DNA from: Candidatus Latescibacterota bacterium
Lineage (GTDB): Bacteria > Latescibacterota > UBA2968 > UBA8231
NCBI GenBank assembly: GCA_022825835.1
Contig: JAJDVZ010000131.1
Span: forward strand, 15,532 to 79,531
Reading direction: 5' to 3'
Length of the DNA stretch: 64,000 nucleotides
A program made the translations under genes and the position numbers. The notes below the pieces were generated by a model that was not told the origin of the DNA, did no database searches, and was given only the letters and a program-made list of their open reading frames with translations. Positions 19,801 to 26,757 of this stretch are shown here, one piece after another. Within the stretch, counting starts at the first letter, position 1. Every line of letters begins with the position of its first letter.

Positions 19801-19823
19801 ACAAGGTGTCGTTGGTCAAGTGA
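16809..19823 (+). CDS. Secreted FG-GAP/VCBS-repeat beta-propeller protein with T9SS type-A-like C-terminal domain
   Basis: About ten D-V-D-G-D-G-x-x-E/D repeats. Tail PYPNPFNS...VFGQTGQRVKTL...LASGVYLVRL...KVSLVK. Confidence 0.8.
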   Translation: MPNAQLSKDSIANASAIVLLLPMLAGWAHGQTGEWLQLRGDRHMSGRALGVGQIHEPPQERWRYDIAAWEGYVEVVQHAGDASVALPFAVPVDPGYIGTQGRVWGIGPQTFDPGGSEMVMPVDNVFKVAQILPEVEGLQRFEMGNSFSDGGADPKQGWLLAYDNGEPRVVWETESFTNTWDPNVLVVDVDVDGQLDIVVATHYRILVFDGATGETKMQLQYHGYRNYGWFGAANIDDDPYPEFGVVADFSMHAEIIDNDGTELTLRWLRDIQPDPSQSTKVVRPKPQALVDVDGDGRFELVYSIYNDQGDGQWHIVGVDALSGETSFDFPQHHLHGLADVDGDGRLELFVSATSGEALPTYAPLAVWSLEAGAATVRWSHERGRFSTVLLNQLPLTVSTGAADGLRTVSTGDVDGDGRRDFFAIAPDGAGEVLVALGSDETGRIETRWSVRGPAGMALETAAVADNGAALLYLKGSGLPNQALMLERASGELHQWSRQAFTPAGTPIVADLEGDGRVEVVVQTATREVLCLQAPGVGGGEPRLRWQVPGYGQTNNAPYHWGLVAADVDGDGRQEVLAAREAASGNASLVALATAGSVRWQTEFVGFDGSMPIWNFSGLSYWSVGYFRSNEYLDVFASLRRGKLGSEVGFLLDGRSGEIVWESKGFILPENGSGRSLGGHPSAAGDVDGDGLEEIVVMWPDRLHIVDGVTGTAQVVRQAYGDGLNPLFESDSFVGYAFPAVVNLFGDSRPELLWGHCSYLNAVLSGDGERIWQTPYRNNTEVKSLMGVGDSDGDGTVELLASTADGVRLFQAADGAVLLEFDDGVRAHTDVVSGDVDGDGRDEFLFGSGTKLICVEQEEGTLRRAWTLEVEGRSSDIALADADRDGLLDVVVTTTDGYVKAYMGEVAATAVQAVESTPQKTHLQPPYPNPFNSRVHIDFSVGQASKVRLEVFGQTGQRVKTLVQAWRKPGAYQVLWDASELASGVYLVRLQTGDMVQEHKVSLVK

Positions 19824-19915
19824 GCTAGGGCATAAAGCGGAAGAATCAAAGGTCTGTCCACGGTGAGTGGATCGAGCCAACTTGCGTTTTGTGGTGTCCG
19901 AGCTAAGAATTGCCC

Positions 19916-20512
19916 CTACTTCAAACAGCCCTGCACGGCCGCCCGATAGCTCTCCAAACCCGGCGTCTTCAGGTCCTTCTCCTTGGCCAAGTCGTCCCAC
20001 TTGCGCAATTGCACGGCACTTTCCCAATGGGGATTTTGTTCAAAGGCCGCCTTTTCTTGGGCCGACATGAAGCCGCCCTGCAATTCAAAACTCCGCTTGG
20101 ACGCCCGCGACAAGGTCTGGTAATAGGAACTATCCACCGTACAGATATAGCGTTTGGCCGGCACGTGCAGCCCGACCGGCTCGGTCACTGCGTCGATGAA
20201 AAAGGGCTCCAGATATTCGGCTCCCACTTCTTCGTGCAGTAAATCCTCGGTGAGGAAATCAGCCTCTTCGCTGTGCTCATCGACTAGGAAGTGACCCAAG
20301 TCGTGCAGCAGGGCCGCGGCCACTTGCTCCGAATCAGCCCCGGCCTGTTGGGCTTGGTGGGCGCATTGCAGGGCGTGTTCGAGTTGGGTTACAACCTCGT
20401 CGTAAAAGGACTGGCCCCGCCGCTCCATGTACGCGAATAAAGCATCGACTTTCTGGGTCGGCGTGCCTTGGGCCAGTTCTCTGGCTAGGGAGGGATCTAC
20501 GAGATTATTCAT
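19916..20512 (-). CDS. HD-domain diiron oxygenase, PhnZ/TmpB-like (phosphonate C-P cleavage family)
   Basis: TQLEHALQCA, AALLHDLGH, HEEVGA, LHVPAKRY, LSRASKRSFELQGG, LRKWDDLAK. Confidence 0.8.
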   Translation of the reverse strand: MNNLVDPSLARELAQGTPTQKVDALFAYMERRGQSFYDEVVTQLEHALQCAHQAQQAGADSEQVAAALLHDLGHFLVDEHSEEADFLTEDLLHEEVGAEYLEPFFIDAVTEPVGLHVPAKRYICTVDSSYYQTLSRASKRSFELQGGFMSAQEKAAFEQNPHWESAVQLRKWDDLAKEKDLKTPGLESYRAAVQGCLK

Positions 20513-20667
20513 GGCGTTGCGATCTTTCCTTGAAAGTGGTCAATTTTGCTAATCAGTTGGAACAGCCTCCTTAACATTGTTACCAAAACTACCTTTATTT
20601 TTTAGTTCGCTCACTCCTAAGAAAACCGACATCAAGTAGCGCACTAACAACCAACTGGAGGAAATGT

Positions 20668-21621
20668 ATGGCCCGGTATCTTCTGAGTCTATCCCTAATC
20701 GTCGCACTGCTAGACGCCGCCAGTGCCCAAAACCCACCCGCCGATGACCCCTTCGCCTTCGCCCTGATCGCGGATATGCCATATTCTCCAATCGACAGCG
20801 TCCGCTTTGGTCGGCTCGTCGAGGAAATCAATCGGGCCGAGGGCTTGGAATGGGTCATCCACGTGGGCGATATCAAAGGCGGCAGCAGTCCCTGTAGCGA
20901 TGGCCTGCTACAGAGCCGCTTTGAGTGGTTCCAGCAATTTGCACGCCCCTTCATTCTAGCCCCAGGCGACAACGACTGGACCGATTGCCACCGGAGCGGA
21001 TACCAGCCGCTGGACCGGCTGGCACACTTGCGGGCGCTCTTTTTTCCGCGTCCCGGTTTGACTATAGGCCAGCATCCCATGCGCGTCGTCACCCAAGAGG
21101 GCAACTTCCCCGAGCACGTGCGCTGGACCCACGGGCGGACGAGCTTTGCGGTGCTGCACATCGTCGGCAGTCACAATGCCACCGCCAAGTTTGAAGGCCG
21201 CGCTCAAGCTAACGACGAGGAAGTCAAAAGCCGCACCGACGCCGCCATTGCCTGGATGCGCGAAACATTCGCCCAAGCTGCGGAACAGGACCATCGCGCC
21301 GTTTTCCTCATAATCCACGCCAATCCGCGTTTTGAGAGGCGCGAAGACGAGCCGGACGGGCCATACGCGGCTTTTTTGCAAGCCCTAGAGCAAGAAGTCA
21401 TCCGCTTTGGCCGGCCGGTGGCCCTAGCCCACGGCGACTCCCACTATTTCCGCGTGGACAAGCCCCTGCGCCAAGTGTCCACAGGCCAGCGCTTGACGCG
21501 CTTCACGCGCATCGAACCCTTCGGCACTCCTGACATCCACTGGCTACGGGTAACCGTCGATCCAGCCGACAGCCATATCTTCCAGGTTCACGCCGAAATC
21601 GTCGAAGCGAATCTCGATTGA
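20668..21621 (+). CDS. Exported calcineurin-like metallophosphoesterase
   Basis: Signal peptide, ADMPY, HVGDIK, PGDNDWTDC, HGDSH. Confidence 0.8.
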   Translation: MARYLLSLSLIVALLDAASAQNPPADDPFAFALIADMPYSPIDSVRFGRLVEEINRAEGLEWVIHVGDIKGGSSPCSDGLLQSRFEWFQQFARPFILAPGDNDWTDCHRSGYQPLDRLAHLRALFFPRPGLTIGQHPMRVVTQEGNFPEHVRWTHGRTSFAVLHIVGSHNATAKFEGRAQANDEEVKSRTDAAIAWMRETFAQAAEQDHRAVFLIIHANPRFERREDEPDGPYAAFLQALEQEVIRFGRPVALAHGDSHYFRVDKPLRQVSTGQRLTRFTRIEPFGTPDIHWLRVTVDPADSHIFQVHAEIVEANLD

Positions 21622-21677
21622 GCCTAGACTAGACACGACCACTGAAGTAGTGCGGTGGACATTTGTCGTCGACGAGG

Positions 21678-22010
21678 TCAGCTCTTGGCTGCCGCTGACA
21701 ACCTCTCAGCAGCCCATTGATTGATGCTCTTGCCGCTAACTTCTGCTGCGGTAGCTACCGCAGCGTGTACTTCGGGGGCAACGCGCAACAGGAGTTTGCC
21801 CGAGTAGGGCTTGTTCGGCATCTCGCCCCGTTCGGCACTGGTCTCCAAGTAGAAATCCAGTGCCTCCTCAAACGCCTGCCGAACTTCATCAACGCTCTCG
21901 CCGTGGAACGTAAGTAGGTCGCGGACACCGGCCACGCGTCCAACGAAGCAGCCGTCTTCGTCGCTGTATTCAATCCGGGCCGAGTATCCCTTGTAGCGCA
22001 TAGGCTTCAT
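21678..22010 (-). CDS. hicB: Type II antitoxin HicB
   Basis: YKGYSARIEYS..DGCFVGRV, FHGESVDE, KPYSGKLLLRV..EVH, SINQW. Confidence 0.93.
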   Translation of the reverse strand: MKPMRYKGYSARIEYSDEDGCFVGRVAGVRDLLTFHGESVDEVRQAFEEALDFYLETSAERGEMPNKPYSGKLLLRVAPEVHAAVATAAEVSGKSINQWAAERLSAAAKS

Positions 22011-22261
22011 GGTTCAATCTCCAGTTTTTGCAGAAACTCGCGGACGGCACGCACCTGATAGGGCTTGGCCTCTTTATTTGGATGGGGCCGATGGAAATCA
22101 GCGCGAAGTGTACCGCTTTTGAAGGCTACCCGAGACCCCCTGCCTTCGATCCTTTCACAGTTGAGGGCAATGAGCAGGCTTTCGATACGCCGCCACGCGA
22201 TATTGCGCGACACCGGCTCGGAGAAAATGGCTTCGAGCGTCTTGCGATGGCGATTATTCAC
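22007..22261 (-). CDS. hicA: Type II toxin HicA mRNA interferase
   Basis: MNNRHRKTLEAIF, W..IESLL, EGRGSRV, FHRPHP.KEAKPYQVR. 4-bp overlap with hicB. Confidence 0.93.
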   Translation of the reverse strand: MNNRHRKTLEAIFSEPVSRNIAWRRIESLLIALNCERIEGRGSRVAFKSGTLRADFHRPHPNKEAKPYQVRAVREFLQKLEIEP

Positions 22262-22267
22262 AGATAT

Positions 22268-22296
22268 ATGCTATCATAATATAATATCACATGCAA
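22268..22296 (-). promoter_or_regulatory. hicAB sigma70 promoter with overlapping imperfect palindrome (probable operator)
   Basis: Minus strand reads TTGCAT-N17-TAGCAT, then 6 nt, then the GTG start. TGATAT-N9-ATAGCA imperfect inverted repeat spans the spacer and -10. Confidence 0.65.
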
Positions 22297-22307
22297 GCAC
22301 TGTCGAT

Positions 22308-23516
22308 TTACGCGATGTCGATAATTTCCGGGGGCGTGGCATAGCCACCGGGGATGTGAGCAGCGCGCCACTCCGGCGTATCGCGTCGCGGCAGCGACAG
22401 GACCGGCTCGCCCTTGCAACTCAAACGGTACAGCAGCCGGGCATCGTCGAGCGAGTTGATGTTCGACTTGAGCGGCGGCGAATTGTGCAGGGTCATGTAG
22501 TTGTCCCACAGCGTCACATCGCCCGTTTCGTGCGGATGATCGTAGCGGAACTGCGGCTGCAACACATGCGCTTCGAGCCGGTCGAGAAACGCGCGCGATG
22601 CTTCCGCGGACATCCCTTCCACCTCGACCGCCGGCCGCACCCGTGGCCGCGACGCCCATATTGGACTGTGCAGGGACTTGATTCCAGAGAGTGGATTGGT
22701 GCGCACCAGCGGAGCGAGCCAGCCTTCGTCGCCCTCGTTCAACCGCCGCCGCAACTGAACTCGCTCCAGAGCCGCCCGTTCTGTCGGCGGCAGTGCCGCA
22801 AAGGCCGCGGCCGTGTCGGCAAAGGCCGTTTCGCCGTTCAACGGCAGACACTTGCGCAGCCGCATAAGTTCGCGATCCGAGCCTTCGTAGTACGGATGAG
22901 CCTTGTCGTCGTCGGGTGCCTGCACCCAATTCCCACCTGGGGCATCGCGCGCTACCGGCGACTTGTGGGCGAGGAACATCGAGACGTAGATCGGCAAACG
23001 CTCGTACTCAATGTCCGTGTGCCACGAGCCGCCTCCAGTCACCCTAGCAGATGCGGCACTGCGTTCCCCCCGAAAGTTGGACACGACCAGCACCGCCGGC
23101 GACTCGTGCGGCAGGCATTGCAGTTGGCCGGGGAAGGCGGCGTTGACCGCAGCAGCCGTGCGGCGCTCAAAGGGAATTAGCTCAAAGGGACCTTCGCTGT
23201 CGCCATCTTGCTGGGCCGGCTTACCCCCGCGCATGAAGTTGTTGGGGTGCGGCACCGGCGCGCCCCAGTGGTTGGCGAAGCGTTCGAAGTGGGCTAGGGA
23301 AAAGGCTTCCAAGTCCTGCCCGGCAATGCTAACGATGCGAAACTGGCTCAGGGCGTCCAGCAGAAAGGCGACCTGTTCGGGATTGAGTGGGCGGCACAGG
23401 TCGATACCCGTAAAGCGCCGCCCGGCACCGCTGGAGGCCAGCGGCCCCTCGCTGCGGGCGTCCGCGCCGAATAACTCGCGCAGTCTTTCGTCGAACAGTT
23501 CTGTCTTTTGGCTCAT
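22308..23516 (-). CDS. TauD/TfdA family Fe(II)/2-oxoglutarate dioxygenase
   Basis: WHTD (HxD), GETAFAD, PLVRTNP.SG.KSL, GDVTLWDNYMTLH...R. Confidence 0.85.
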   Translation of the reverse strand: MSQKTELFDERLRELFGADARSEGPLASSGAGRRFTGIDLCRPLNPEQVAFLLDALSQFRIVSIAGQDLEAFSLAHFERFANHWGAPVPHPNNFMRGGKPAQQDGDSEGPFELIPFERRTAAAVNAAFPGQLQCLPHESPAVLVVSNFRGERSAASARVTGGGSWHTDIEYERLPIYVSMFLAHKSPVARDAPGGNWVQAPDDDKAHPYYEGSDRELMRLRKCLPLNGETAFADTAAAFAALPPTERAALERVQLRRRLNEGDEGWLAPLVRTNPLSGIKSLHSPIWASRPRVRPAVEVEGMSAEASRAFLDRLEAHVLQPQFRYDHPHETGDVTLWDNYMTLHNSPPLKSNINSLDDARLLYRLSCKGEPVLSLPRRDTPEWRAAHIPGGYATPPEIIDIA

Positions 23517-23568
23517 GCTGCTCCATCTTTTAGCGGTAGAGAAGGCCGTGCGATGCTTCTATGCGTTT

Positions 23569-26500
23569 TTATCGCGACCCCTCGCGGTTCCCCCGGCGTC
23601 TTCTCGGAGGAGCGGTGCTGGAGTCTGCGTCCGCCTGCCCTGCGGCAGCCTCAGAGTGCTCTCTGAGTAGCTCGTCGAGAGCCTCGGAGGTATCCAAGTA
23701 GTTGGACAATTCATACGGCGTGATGCGAAAGCGCCGCGCCCTCACTAGTGGGTCCGCGCCCCGTGCCAAAAGCAGGCGGGCCATCTCTAGCTGGTCGGCC
23801 ATGACGGTTTTGTGCAAGGGCGCACTACCTCGGTCGTAACGGGTAAACCCACTGGCCAACCCATTGACATCCACACCGCGATCTAGCAAAAACTCCGCCG
23901 CTTCCAACGCGCCGCTATAAGCCGCAAAATTGAGCGCTTCCACCATAATCTGCTCGGCAGTGAGCACGGTGTCCGGGTCGGGATGGAACAGATGGCCGAT
24001 CCCTTCTTTTAGCTGGCCTTCGGAATTGAAGAACTGGGCCATCAGATCGACGCGGTTGACGCCAGCGGCAAAGCGCAAATCCACGTCCGCTCCCTCGGCG
24101 ACCAACATGTGCGCCAGATCTAGGTCCCTCTCTCTAAGCGCGTTCCATAACATCTGGCCTCTGTTGCGGTTCACATCCACGCCGTTGGTCACTAGGAGTT
24201 GGATCATCTCGGGCTTGCTCTCGGCCCATTCGAGTTGATCGCTTTCTATGAACATATCCAGCACGCTGATCGAGTCGTACGTGGCGGCGTTTGGGTCGGC
24301 ACCTGCTGAGATCAGGGCCTCGGCTAGTTCGACCGCGTTTTCGGGTAGCGGCACTCGTTGCGGCTCGCCGGCGAGGTGGTGCAAGAGCGTGGCCCCGCGA
24401 AAGTGCGGGTATTCGTAGTACTCGTCGAAATAGCCGCGCACCGTCGCGAGCTCGGGGTACTCAGCGAGCAGCTTCTGTAGCGTCTCGCTGTCTCCGGCAT
24501 CGATGGCTTCTACGGCATCGTAAAAAGCTTTGTGGTCGGCGTCGCTCCGGTCGCGGCCTTGGGGCGGCAGTTCTTCTCCTTTGTGTGGAATGGCCAAGGC
24601 GACCAATTCGGGCGGGCGCCCGGACCTGCCTTGAGAGTTGCCCAGCGGCACGACCACGTATTGGCGACCGCCGGCCGTATAGCTCATTGGCGCACCATAG
24701 GCGTTGCTCGGCAACTCGACGCGGCCAAACTCCTCGCCCGACGCCAAATCGTACGCCCGCAGATACGCATCGCGATCAACGAAGTAGTCTCTGCCAGCGT
24801 CGGCCAAGTCCTGCGGATCCTGCGAAGTAGCTAACAGGAGATTCGGCGTGGCCAAGACGAAGGTTCGATTGTCCCAGCCCATATCCGGCAGGTCGAGGTC
24901 CTTGAGCGCTGGGTGATCGACCGGCCCCTTGCCCACCGTCGTCCGCCACAGATGCTCGCCGCTGTTGAGGTCGATCGCCGTGATGCTGCCGTACGGGGGC
25001 TTGACCAGCGGCAGGCCCTGAGGACCGCGGATGTGCCGACCGGCGCGGGCAGAAAACGCCGAATAGGCATCTAGGTCGCGCACAGCCCGCAGCTCCACGT
25101 TGGTAATGGCCATGTGCGACGGCACGTAGAGCACACCCGTGCGCGGATCCGCCGCGCCCCCAGCCCAGTCAGCTCCGCCGGCTTGGCCCGGAACTAACAA
25201 GACACCCTTCTCCGTCGGCGGCGTGTAGAGCGGGCCGTAGTCGTATTCGGCGAGAATGGCCTTGGCCTCCTCCCGCAACTCAGGCGTGAAGTCAATCAGG
25301 TCGTCCTCGCTGATGCCTTGGCGCTCAAAGGCCGCTGGTTTGGTCGGAAAGGGCTGCGTCGGCGAGGTCTTTTCCCACGCTACCTGCGACTGCGGCACCG
25401 GCTTTTCTTCGATTGGCCAGATCGGCTCGCCAGTCACGCGGTCAAAGACAAAGCAGAAGGCTTGTTTCGTAAGCTGCGCGACGATCTTGCGCTCTCGGCC
25501 CTCGACGACCACGTCCAACAGCAGGGGCACGGCCGCCGGGTCATAGTCCCATAGACCGTGGTGGACCAATTGATAGTGCCACACTCGCTCGCCGGTCTCG
25601 GCTTTTAGACAAACGACCGACTCGCTGAACAGGTTGTCGCCGGGGCGCTCGCCGCCGTAGTAATCGTGGCTGGCTGTACTCACCGGCAGGTAGAAGTTGC
25701 CCAACTCCTCGTCGGCCGTCATCGTCGCCCACACATTGGCTGCGCCGTAGGTCTTCCACGACTCGTTTTCCCACGTCTCGTTGCCGAATTCTCCTTCCTG
25801 CGGGATCGTGTGGAATTCCCACACCTTCTCGCCGGTACGCGCGTCGAAGGCCTGCACGTCGCCCGGGGGCATGTACTCGGGCGGCGGCCTGAAGCGCACA
25901 TCCATGATCGCCGAGCCAACGGCGACCACGTCGCGGCAGACCACTGGAGGAGCCGTAACTCCGTAGCCTCTGCGCTCCTCTTCACTCAGCGGCCGGCGCA
26001 GCAAGGCTCCCAAATCAACGCGACCATCCTCGCCAAAATTGGGGTCCGGGATGCCGGTCTTGGCGTCTATGGAATACAGATAGGCGGTCGAAGTCGCCAA
26101 AAACACCCGCTCGACCGCGCCGTCGGTCCAATAGCTCACCCCGCGCGAATTGCCCCCGAAATTGGAACTGGCCTTCCAAGACTCTGGGTCGAACGCCCAC
26201 AATTCCTCGCCACTTTGGCCGTCAACAGCCGAGAGGATGTTGTACGGCGAGCCATAGTATAGTACGCCGTTGACGGCCAGCGGCGTGCCGCGATTGTTGC
26301 TGAAGCGGGGACCGCCGCGCCGCCGATCACCCCGACCTCGACCCCGATCCCGATCGCGGCTTCGGTTGGCTCTCGCCGCCTCGTAGATCTGCACGTCGCG
26401 GGGCCGGTAGCGCCAGACCACGCGCAACTGATCGAAGTTGTCGCGATTAATCTGGTCCGCCGGAGTGTAGCGTTTGCCGCCCTGGTCGCCACCGTAATAC

Positions 26501-26586
26501 GGCCAATCGACCTCGTCGGCAAACGCCGAGAGCGAGAGCAACAGCGACAATGCGAGCGCCAAGGTCCGGCAGGCGCGTTTATTCAT
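23569..26586 (-). CDS. PQQ-dependent (membrane glucose dehydrogenase-type) dehydrogenase fused to ankyrin repeats, copy 1
   Basis: Signal peptide, DWPYYGGD.GG.RYTP.DQIN, RGVSYW, HHGLWDYD, KPPYG, PMSY..GGRQY. C-terminal ankyrin motifs GATLLH, AGADPN, PLHKTV..QLEMARLLLARGADP. Confidence 0.88.
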   Translation of the reverse strand: MNKRACRTLALALSLLLSLSAFADEVDWPYYGGDQGGKRYTPADQINRDNFDQLRVVWRYRPRDVQIYEAARANRSRDRDRGRGRGDRRRGGPRFSNNRGTPLAVNGVLYYGSPYNILSAVDGQSGEELWAFDPESWKASSNFGGNSRGVSYWTDGAVERVFLATSTAYLYSIDAKTGIPDPNFGEDGRVDLGALLRRPLSEEERRGYGVTAPPVVCRDVVAVGSAIMDVRFRPPPEYMPPGDVQAFDARTGEKVWEFHTIPQEGEFGNETWENESWKTYGAANVWATMTADEELGNFYLPVSTASHDYYGGERPGDNLFSESVVCLKAETGERVWHYQLVHHGLWDYDPAAVPLLLDVVVEGRERKIVAQLTKQAFCFVFDRVTGEPIWPIEEKPVPQSQVAWEKTSPTQPFPTKPAAFERQGISEDDLIDFTPELREEAKAILAEYDYGPLYTPPTEKGVLLVPGQAGGADWAGGAADPRTGVLYVPSHMAITNVELRAVRDLDAYSAFSARAGRHIRGPQGLPLVKPPYGSITAIDLNSGEHLWRTTVGKGPVDHPALKDLDLPDMGWDNRTFVLATPNLLLATSQDPQDLADAGRDYFVDRDAYLRAYDLASGEEFGRVELPSNAYGAPMSYTAGGRQYVVVPLGNSQGRSGRPPELVALAIPHKGEELPPQGRDRSDADHKAFYDAVEAIDAGDSETLQKLLAEYPELATVRGYFDEYYEYPHFRGATLLHHLAGEPQRVPLPENAVELAEALISAGADPNAATYDSISVLDMFIESDQLEWAESKPEMIQLLVTNGVDVNRNRGQMLWNALRERDLDLAHMLVAEGADVDLRFAAGVNRVDLMAQFFNSEGQLKEGIGHLFHPDPDTVLTAEQIMVEALNFAAYSGALEAAEFLLDRGVDVNGLASGFTRYDRGSAPLHKTVMADQLEMARLLLARGADPLVRARRFRITPYELSNYLDTSEALDELLREHSEAAAGQADADSSTAPPRRRRGNREGSR

Positions 26587-26647
26587 TGGAGTTCTCCTTT
26601 TTGAGGACTTCGCGCATGGCGTCGTTATCTCGCAGTAGCCCGCCCCA

Positions 26648-26731
26648 AAAGTTGCGGGACACTACAGCTAATTAGACACCCTATCGCCGTAATTCATTCC
26701 CGCGCATGTAGCGGTTGGGCCGCTCGACGAG
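26648..26731 (-). promoter_or_regulatory. Conserved upstream element copy 1, containing ECF-sigma-like promoter GGAAT-N18-GTCTAA
   Basis: Near-identical to 35522..35610 (GCGGGACACTAC.GCTAATTAGACAC.CTAT.GCCG..A...ATTCCCGCGC on +). It lies upstream of the minus-strand gene starting at 26586. Confidence 0.65.
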
Positions 26732-26757
26732 ATTGATCTGGTCCGCCAATCAGTATC

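Noticed and set aside
20549-20667. Short minus-strand ORF or gene remnant upstream of the PhnZ-like gene
   Set aside because: No recognisable homology. It is more simply an AT-rich divergent promoter region.
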